From Octopus sinensis (Eukaryota): a stretch of 64,000 nt of DNA. The notes beneath the pieces are model-generated. The model saw only the letters and a program-made list of their open reading frames with translations. It was not told the DNA's origin and searched no databases. The stretch lies in assembly GCF_006345805.1 (NCBI RefSeq), contig NC_043012.1, forward strand, positions 41,726,001 through 41,790,000. Reading direction: 5' to 3'. A program made the translations under genes and the position numbers. Shown one piece after another: positions 54,639-64,000 of the stretch (position 1 is the first letter of the stretch; each line of letters opens with the position of its first letter).

Positions 54639-55776
54639 TCTTAGCTTACAATTTCTTTCTTTCAACAATTGACAACTGAAGTACGCTCGCAAATTAATAC
54701 TACCAAAACTTAGCGACAGAAAGTAAATTAAAAACCAATTTTAATTTATAAAATATAGAACAATAGCATCTACTCACCATATGTCAGTGAATTGTTGGTG
54801 TGTGTTTGCAAATGTGTTCGAATGAGAAAGAGAATTGTGTTTGGCGCCTTTTTTACTAATAACAAACACACACGTGTGTCTGTGTGTGCTTGAGTGTTTG
54901 TATGTAGTTGTTTTAAACGTTTGTGTTCGGCACTGTCATATATGTATATGTTTGCGTGTCTATGTGTCTGTGTGAGAGGAGTAAATCGTTATGTATTTAT
55001 TTCCTGTCTGTCTTTTAAAAATTTTTTTTTGAGGAGTGGTTTAAGCATTAAAAAGAGAAAGTAGCAGAATGTGTGATGTTGAACAAGAGTGGTAGAAAGA
55101 GAATATGATAGTGGTATACACTTGCAAAGAGAAAGTAGCAGAAAGTGTGGTAGGTTTAAGGTACACTTGCAAAGAGAAAGTAGGAGAAAGTGTGGTAATA
55201 GAAGGAGTAAAGCATTTGAAATGAGTAGTGGTTTAAGGTACACTTGCAAAGAGAAAGTAGGAGAAAGTGTGGTAATAGAAGGAGTGAAGCATTTGAAATG
55301 AGAGAGGGAAATCGTAAAATATTGAGTTTTCTCGAATTTTTGCTTAATTGGGGGTCAAATTGAAATAAATTTATATGCCATGACCCAATGGAATGTACTT
55401 CGAAAAATCATAGGTAAATTCCAATTGAAGGAATTGTGTGATGAGTAAATCGTTATGTATTTATTTGTTTCTATTTCCTGTGTATTTTTTTTGAGTAGTG
55501 GTTGAAGGTACACTTGCAAAGAGAAAGTAGGAGAAAGTGTGGTAATAGAAGGAGTGAAGCAGTTGAAATTAGAGAGGCAAATTGTAAAATATTGAGTTTT
55601 CTCGAATTTTTGTTTAATTGGGGGTCAAATTGAAAAAAAATTATATGCCATGACCCAATCGAATTTACTTCGAAAAATCATAGGTAAATTCCAATTGAAG
55701 AAATTCTATATTGTACAATTGTATTAAAAAGAAACATAGTCACAGGCAGAGAAAATCTGCTTTTTATCATAAGAGA
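54050..55776 (-). mobile_element. Non-autonomous Helitron, copy 3 (same termini, different interior with tandem duplications)
   Basis: CTAG plus the same 3' hairpin at 54050-54080; 5' TCTCTTATGATAAAAAGCAGATTTT at 55776; A|T site. Confidence 0.75.
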
Positions 55777-56089
55777 TAGATAGGTTTGTGGGAGGGAGAA
55801 AGGAATGAAGGAAAGAAAGAAAGGAAGAAAGAAGAAAGAAACTGAGGGAAAGCGAAGAAGAAAGTGATCATCTGAATGAGTTAGAGTATTTAAATACCCG
55901 GTAAAGTACTCAATACATGGTGAAATCTTTGTTTGTCCATTCAACTTTTTCCATCGGCTTGAAAGGCATTTTTGAGTTTCAGGTCATGGGAAATATTCCA
56001 GGTGAGACGTTTAAATGTGGTGGGACGCACGTGACAAGGGCGGCAACGGAGTGAATTTTCAGTTATGTGCATGTGCGCACACACAATAA

Positions 56090-56134
<45 letters not shown>

Positions 56135-56544
56135 TACACATACATACACACAGATTAGTAAGATCAACAACAACAAAAGAAAGAACTCCATCTGGTTAAG
56201 TGCTGGATTTCCAGGGCCGCCAATTGATGTTTCTGTATTTGTTAACCGTCTTTAATAAAGTGGAATCTTCGATGGGTCTTAATCAAAAAACTTTATTCAA
56301 TATACTGCAAACTGTAAATCCATTTATTATGAAATTAAGAAAATGAAAAATGAAAATGTAAATTTCTTTTCATACTTTTGGAACAATTTTGAAACAACAG
56401 AGTAACTTTAATAGAGTTTGATCTAAGCGGCCCCATGCCGACTCCATGCTGATTGCACGTTTAAGAAATGATTCTGTCTTTGGTTTTGTTGCATAAATTT
56501 ATAGATATTCATAACATTGCTTTATTATGGTGAAAATGTTATTG

Positions 56545-56915
56545 TAACTCTTTACGTTGTGAGTTCAAGTTCCGCCGAAGTCGACTTTGGTTTTATTTTT
56601 TGAGACCGATTAAAGTACTAGTCATGCACTGAGGTCGATACTACCACCTTAGCTCCTCCTCCTCATCCCTCAAAATTGTTCGCTTTGTACCTAAATCAGA
56701 ACTCGTTCAGCTAAGGATTCCAATTCAGTTTTCCACAGATAAATGTTTCTTCAAAGTGAAATGCTTTCATTTATTTCACTCAGGATTTGATGGCGGTCAA
56801 GCTGGCAGAATTGGTAAAGCATCAAATAAAATAATTTGTGATTTTTGTTCCGTTTCCTGAGTTCAAATTCCTCCGAGGTCAACTTTGCTCTTCATCTCTC
56901 AGGGGTCGATAAAAT
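56545..56915 (+). mobile_element. Two degenerate SINE family B fragments
   Basis: GAGTTCAA(G/A)TTCC.CCGA.GTC.ACTTTG cores. Confidence 0.6.
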
Positions 56916-59255
56916 TCAGAAAGCCATAACTAAGAGCCACACGGAGTACAGGGTCTACCATTCTCCACCATCCTAGGGTTGAACACGTTACCAGAATGTG
57001 TTACCGTGTGTCTTTGTCTTAGATGTCTATGTGTAGTTCAGACTGATATAATGTATGGAGCGCTGTATTATTGTATTATTGTGTTATCTCTTTTTACCAT
57101 CTGTTCAAATCCTGAAGTGATCAATTTCACTTTCATTCCCCACCCGGGGGTTCATGTTAACTTCTGTGATCGATGGAATCGAATATAGGTACAGTCCGTC
57201 ACCCAATAGCCAATATGTGGTCCCGTGCTCTGTTAGGAACCAATATTTATTAAGATAACCTTTAAGCTGTGGGTTCGATTCGAATCCAGCAACTTCGTGC
57301 AGAGTTAAGCGTGTGGGTAGAAAGTTTGCTTCGGAACTGCATGGTTTCGTGTTCAATCCTCCTTCGTGGCACATTGAACAAATGGCTTTGATAGTAGCTT
57401 AGAGTCGACCAGAACTCTGTGCGAAAAAAATTGGCCCACAGAAACCGTGTTGTGAGGTGGGACAGGACAGTTTCTGTCTCTGAGAGGTAGTCCTAAACCG
57501 TCACTCCGTTTAACTTCATCATCTGATTCTTAGGAATCTTAAACAAATCCCACCCATCCGATCTCAAGACAACTTAGCATTCACCTTTCTTCCACCAATC
57601 ATAGAGGCCTTGATAAAGATTATGGCCACACTCCTTCCTCTTCTGAACACGTCACCATAAAGAAGTACCAGTGAAGTATTGGGATCTCTTCCATGAACTA
57701 AACTTTGTCTCTGACAAATATTTGGTTTTATGTCAATGAAGAAATCAATTATTTCTTTTAGATATTCTAGTCTTAGAGTATCATCTGAATAGTTGGGACA
57801 GTGTGGTGTAAGACAAACAGATGAGCTTTCGACTATCATAATAGTGACAGTTTCTTTTTCTCATCTATGTAATAACATCCTTAGAGCAATCACACTCGGC
57901 CAACAGAGTAACAACGATAACGGTCGACCAGCAATACACGTGATGAGCTCTCTCTGATGGTGTAAGCCAGTCTGAACTCGTCGCCAACCTCCCGATATCT
58001 CCTCAGTTAACCGCAGTAAAACTCAGAAGATATAAAGCGACGCACTACACATCATTAGCGAGTGTAGACAGACCACACCCTACAAACCACACCTACATCA
58101 TCTACACACAATGAAGCTAAAATTCATAGAAATGAAAGTCCACCTGCATTGTTGTGGTGGCTAGTTCTCAGCGAGGTGGGGACGGGGTATATTTGTGAAA
58201 GTGGATCTGCGGGTCGCGACTCGTGGTTCGGCTGATTGCCAAATGTACCATGGGACTGATTGGTCAAAGTATCGTATTTCACAGCAAAAACAACGACTGC
58301 CACTACAGTTTCCACTACTACCACCACCATTACAGTAACAACAACAACAACAGCAAGCGTTATCATCACCAAGCCCAACCGTGCAACCACTAACGTTAAC
58401 TCTACCACAACTACCATCCTCGCTTCCCCCGCCGCCAACATTGCCAACACCACCATCACAACCACTACTGCCTCTTCCCGATCATCATCCTTTCCCCATA
58501 ACAACTATAAACGCCCCTCCAACGTCCCCCCCACCATCGCCACCACCACCGCTTATATCACCATCATCATCATCATTGTTATCGTCTCTTAGATCTCAGT
58601 AAAGTCAAGCCAACCATCTAACGCCCCTCCCGCCCCCCTTCTCATCAACTATGTACAATGTAAACTTGGCGGTGTTTGAAGGAAAATAACCAGCTTGCCG
58701 TGTTTTCATAGTATTTACACGTGCAAATAACAAGGGTCACCTTAGGCAATGGCGGCGGCGGCGGTGGAGGTGGTCGTGTAGGCTCTGAATCTTGTGTTAC
58801 TCAGGATGGTCGGTGTGGTAGGAGTATACATGAGTGTGTGTGTGTATATATATATATGAGTGCGTCTGTGTGTGCCTACGTGTATGTATGTATGTATGTA
58901 TGTATGTATGTATGTATGTATGTATGTATGTATGTATACATGCATTTATGTAATGTGACATTGTCTCAAAACAAATCGAAGAGCAGAAAGATGGCGTCGT
59001 CTTTAAACGGAATCTGGATATATTTCTTCAAGAGATCCCAGATAAGTCACCCATAACTGGATACAACTCACTCAACAAGAACTCCCTACTCGAAAGGGCC
59101 ATGATACCGCAAAATTTAATTTATGAAAGATTTAGCAAATCCTAACTGGTGGTGCTATTAAGTTCGATATGGCCTGGACCATTCTCTGATCGAAACATAT
59201 CCAAGCTTTATCTAAGTTTATATATATATATATATATATATATCTATATATATAT

Positions 59256-59402
59256 TCTGTGTTTTTTTTCTCTCTGTTGAAGAGCGTAGGCTCGAAACGT
59301 TAAAGACTTGTTTTTATTATATTTTCTGAGCGCCATACTAATACAATTGTTCGTTTGTTTCCACCTGCCTTCGTCTTTTGTCTATTTTCATAAAGCCTCC
59401 CT
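59256..59402 (+). mobile_element. Penelope-pLTR-like short repeat with minimal hammerhead motif (copy of 10253-10460)
   Basis: CTGTTGA-A-GAGCGTAGGCTC-GAAACGTTAAAGA at 59274-59306; flanked by (TA)n. Confidence 0.6.
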
Positions 59403-59412
59403 ATATATATAT

Positions 59413-59468
<56 letters not shown>

Positions 59469-59500
59469 ATATATATATACATAATATATATTATATTATA

Positions 59501-59542
<42 letters not shown>

Positions 59543-59624
59543 CATAATATATATATACATAATATATATATATATATACATAATATATATATATATATAT
59601 ATATACATAATATATATATACATA

Positions 59625-59691
<67 letters not shown>

Positions 59692-60254
59692 TATATATAT
59701 ATTATATATATAATATATATATATATGTATGTATGTATGTATTATGTATGTATGTATATGTATGTATGTATATATACATATACACATGATGGACTCTCCC
59801 GTCGAAATTGACGTAGGCGTGTTCAGCTTTTTGCAGGACGACCTCCACAAATAATTTGTTTGCAGTGGTCAAGTGTTCGTGCTGCACGTTAGCTTATTCC
59901 CTCCAAATTGACGTTGTCAAAGAATAGGTGCAGGGCACACCACGCTTCAGGTCTCGAATTTACCTTAAGGTGCAATGAAAACTCGCTGTTGGCGGCAGAA
60001 GCATCATTCATTTAGCATCGGACTTTATTTTAGCATGCGGTTGCCAGAAGAATATTGTTATTGATGAAGCCCAAAGACTTAGAAATATATATTTAGTCAC
60101 CACCCACCGCTGTTCGATGATTTTTGTCGACTACTGATATATTTCCGTATTTTTTTTTTGTAACATTGTACGTCTAAAAGAGATGTTTTCTAGCGACGAA
60201 TACTGCAGCTTATGAGGTTTTCAACATTATATATTCTTTACGTATAATACATAG

Positions 60255-60338
<84 letters not shown>

Positions 60339-61004
60339 TGTGTGTGTGTGTGCGTGTGTGTATATTTATATAGGTTTGTATATGTAGATATACCAAGTCA
60401 CAGTAAAGTGCGATATGCAACCAAAACCGGGCTCAAATCGTAAGCTCCACAATCCACTCCAGGGCCCAGTATAATAAGAGGTGAGGCACCAAACTAAAGC
60501 GCAGAGTATGAGCCAAATAATGGAAAAAAATTAATAAGTAGAATATAAGTGTGGTATTCAAAGCTTTATAAGACATAGAAGCGTTTCAGAAAAATGCCGA
60601 AATAAATAGCAAGCAGAAACATTATGTAATCATAAAAAATCACCTCACCAGTATTTATGGCGGGGAACTGATGAGGTGAAATATATGATTGCATGATGCT
60701 CTTACTTGCCGTGTAATTATTATAACCTGCTGGCCTTGTGCCAAAATTTGAAACTAATGTTCTTTCTAGCCTCTACTTCTGAGATGGAGGAAATTACGGA
60801 GAATAACTACATTAAACGACTTATTGCTTATAACACGTTGTATAATGTAATGCATGACAAATCCTAAAGGACGGTCACGGATAGAGAGCATTTCATCATA
60901 GGTTTGCTTCACAGTTTTGATGTTATGGGTGGAGAAGTAGAATATACTGCATATGACATCATCCATATACGTATTTATTCCTAATAACAGTGCGTTGGTA
61001 CATA

Positions 61005-61890
61005 TTGGGTCATCCCATAAATAATGCAGTTTCTTTCAACTGCATGAACTAAAAGTCGGAGGGGGCCAAAATAAAACTACCTGCATCAACTTGCTATAAA
61101 AGGAAGTAGTAATTGTACCTTGTCCTTATTCTTAGTGCTAGTTTTGTAGAGAGCAGTTCGATTTTAACAGTTATTTTTTCCAAAGTTATAATGGAAATGA
61201 CAAAGGAGCATATTCGGCATATTTTGCTTTATGAGTTCAATAAAGGCAACAACGTAATGCGAGGAATATTAATGCAGTATTTGAGGATCGGACAATAAGC
61301 GTAAGTGGTTTCATCCGAGCCGAAAACTACAGTCTAGAAGACGAGCCTCGTCCTGGAAAATACGCAGAACTCAAATAGGACGACCTGCAAACCCTGGTGG
61401 AACAAAAAGCTATCGTAACTTTTGAGGAACTAGCAGAGGAACAACCATTCATCAATACTTACGTGCCATCGCAAAACGACCATCTTTGATTTCAAGACGA
61501 AAGATGTTCTTCCATCAGGATGATGCTCTGCCACATACAGCGAGGATGACATTTCAAAGGTTGGAGCAGTTTGAATGGGAAACGATGCCACCCCCACCCC
61601 CATATCCGCCGGACATTGCCCCCATCTGATTATCATTTATTCCGCAGTCTTCAAAATCATTTGGACGGAAAAAATATGAATTCTGTAGACAAGGTCAGAA
61701 CTACAGGAGGAGTATTTTTCGTTACGGACAAGTTAATTTTGGAAGAGGGGCCTTACATGTCTACCAGATAGATGGAAGAGCATTGCGGAAAATGAAGGAG
61801 AGAATATTTTTAAATTAAAAACGAACTTTATCTTAATTTTGAAAAATTAAAGAAGTATAAAAAAACCGCATTATTTATGGGACGACCCAA
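61005..61890 (+). mobile_element. Mariner (DD34D-type) transposon, internally deleted
   Basis: TIRs TTGGGTCATCCCATAAATAATGCAGTTT / AAACCGCATTATTTATGGGACGACCCAA with TA flanks; remnants KEHIRHILLYEFNKG, FHQDDALPH, SDYHLFRSLQNHL. Confidence 0.9.
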
Positions 61891-61929
61891 TACATACAGT
61901 ATATATATATGCACACATACATATATACA

Positions 61930-62002
<73 letters not shown>

Positions 62003-62054
62003 CATACACACATACGTACAGACAGATAGATACATATATGTATACATATATATA

Positions 62055-63890
62055 CCTAATGGTTCTGATCCTAAATACGGATGCATAAAAGGCAATGGAT
62101 GCACCTTATTCCATCCTAAACTGTGCCAAATTTCTGTCTCACAAAGGATGTGCCTGAACCCAGAATGCAACCACCACCATCTGAAGAGCACAAAACGATC
62201 ACAGAATAAATATAAACAGGAACAGAGGAAATCTAGGATAACAACAAGAACAAAATACAACCACGTTTCCCCTCCCACAATCAAACAACGTAGACAGAAC
62301 CATGAAAAAACACCAAACAACGCCAACATGAAATATGTATCCTCTGACCAAGTGGCAAACCAAACAAGTAACTCTTTTTTACTGACATACCTAGAAAATA
62401 TGAAGGCCGACCTAAGCCAGGAGATCCAGCGAGCTATCACCAACCATCTATGCAAATCACAAGGACCACTCACCCATTACCAACTTCCCTTACCTCGACA
62501 TTCCTGTTAAATGTACGTGGCATCAACCCATCAATTATTGCCCAAAAATGGAAGATCCCATATATAGAGAGTTGGCTTGCCGAAATGGCACATTGCTTCC
62601 CTTTCTTTATCCTTACCGAGACTCACCTGAACAACACCCATATGGACGCAGAGGTGAAAATAAAAGATTTCACCATTGTTCGTGCGGATCGCACAGACCG
62701 AAATAAGGGAGGGACAGCCATCTTTATCCATGACTCCTTTTCACTTGATGCCAAGACATATTTTCCAATGGCTACTGTGAATCGGTATCACTATACAACA
62801 AAGCCAAGGACATAACCATTGTTGGTCTTTACAGGCCTCCCCAGGCACCTCTAAAGTACTTTGAAGAGTGCCTTAGCAAAGTCAAGTCCTTCCTTCGGAA
62901 GTACCACTCCGAAACATACTAGTGATGGGTGATTTTAACCTCCCTCATGTGAACTGGCCCACAAATACTCTGAAGTTAGGCAAGTGCTCTACATCAGATA
63001 GAGCAGCAGCAGAACTGCTCTTTAATCTGATGGATGAGTATTTCCTGACTCAGCTAGTGCTTGAACCAACGAGACAGAATAAAACGATCTTGGATCTGGT
63101 ATTGACCAATCACTCTAGCTACGTTCACAGTATTTCAGTCGAAAAAACTCTCCTCTCAGACCATGACATGGTACTCTGCAATCTTAATTCCCGACATATA
63201 AAAACCAAACCAGCCAATCCCACTCCATGGCACCCATTTGACCACATAAACTTCCACAAAGCGGACTGGGTAACAATCAGAAAGGATCTATCTTCCATCG
63301 ACTGGTCTTTTATTCTCAATTCCTCTCATATTGAGACCGCGTGGCAGCACTTTGAAAACATTGTCACCTATACATGCTCTAAACACGCTCCCAAGAAATC
63401 TACTAACACAAACAGAAATCGGCTCCCTAAAAAGAAAAAAAACACTCATCAGGCGCATCAAAAGACTCAACAAAAAAATCAACCAATTAAAATATTCTCA
63501 CACACAACATCCACATTCAACAACAATGAAAAGACTAGAGCTGGAAAAACTTCATCTGCAGACCAGCATGAAAACCTCCATTGAAAATTAAAGAGCTGTG
63601 GAGGAACAATGGGTAATCAAAAACATCAAACAGAACCCAAAAGTGTTCTATTCTTATGCAAATAAGCATAGAACCACTGTCTCACCCATTGGGCCATAGA
63701 TTGATGATAACGGCATTCCCCAACACGATGCTAAAGAAATGGCAGAAATACTGCAGAAACAATACTGCTCTGTCTTTAGTGTTCCCACTGATATTGACGT
63801 AAGGGAAACGAACGAAGTTGACTCCCAACACAAAATCTCAGACATAACCTTCACTGCCACTGACATCGTAGCAGCAATAAATGAGGTCCT
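62055..63890 (+). pseudogene. CR1-group LINE 5' half: ORF1 Cys/His-rich end, APE endonuclease and linker; frameshifted
   Basis: [16 protein letters not shown]...CLNPECNHHH; LLNVRGI, ILTETHL, GLYRPP, MGDFNLPHVNW, PTRQNKTILDLVLTN, LSDH; linker similar to that of the 4836-7062 copy. Confidence 0.85.
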
Positions 63891-64000
63891 GATAGATTTC
63901 CCGCTAGTCTCCTGAAGGGATGTAGATACCAACCTCTAGAGAAATTCGTTAGACGCAGGTTATATACCGAAACAGTTTCTATCCCAGTCGGTCATCCCGG

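Noticed and set aside
57564-57839. 91-aa ORF with faint APE-endonuclease-like words
   Set aside because: Too degraded to assign
60040-60096. IVIDEAQRL Walker-B-like peptide, or a decayed TTGATGA...GAAA hammerhead
   Set aside because: Isolated, with no Walker A or ORF context; stem pairing is poor
60636-60690. CTGATGAGGTGAAA motif within a small hairpin
   Set aside because: No room for stem II; simply an imperfect inverted repeat

Overview
Eukaryotic, AT-rich, repeat-dominated intergenic or intronic DNA. The SINE families and microsatellite load look like a cephalopod (Octopus-like) genome, which is an inference from pattern recognition. No host protein-coding gene can be supported, and almost all ORFs in the track are microsatellite artefacts. 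The window holds decayed LINEs (CR1-like x2, R4/Dong-like x3 next to TAA repeats, RTE, Tx1/L1), three Tc1/mariner-superfamily copies plus fragments, three non-autonomous Helitrons and many tRNA-derived SINEs. The main finding is an 11-copy, ~600-bp non-coding tandem array (15580-22167) inserted in a (TA)n tract. Each unit carries a minus-strand type I hammerhead ribozyme fold (CUGAAGA...GAAAC-GUAC-GUC) with an unusually long 76-nt stem II. At least six further, unrelated small repeats also carry hammerhead folds: a circularly permuted and inverted 483-bp unit, two more long-stem-II variants, a G3-C8 core-swap variant, a TSD-flanked palindromic element, and a two-copy minimal motif. Together these suggest a diverse family of retrozyme or Penelope-derived, self-cleaving, possibly circular-RNA mobile elements. 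All ribozyme calls come from manual folding and are untested.
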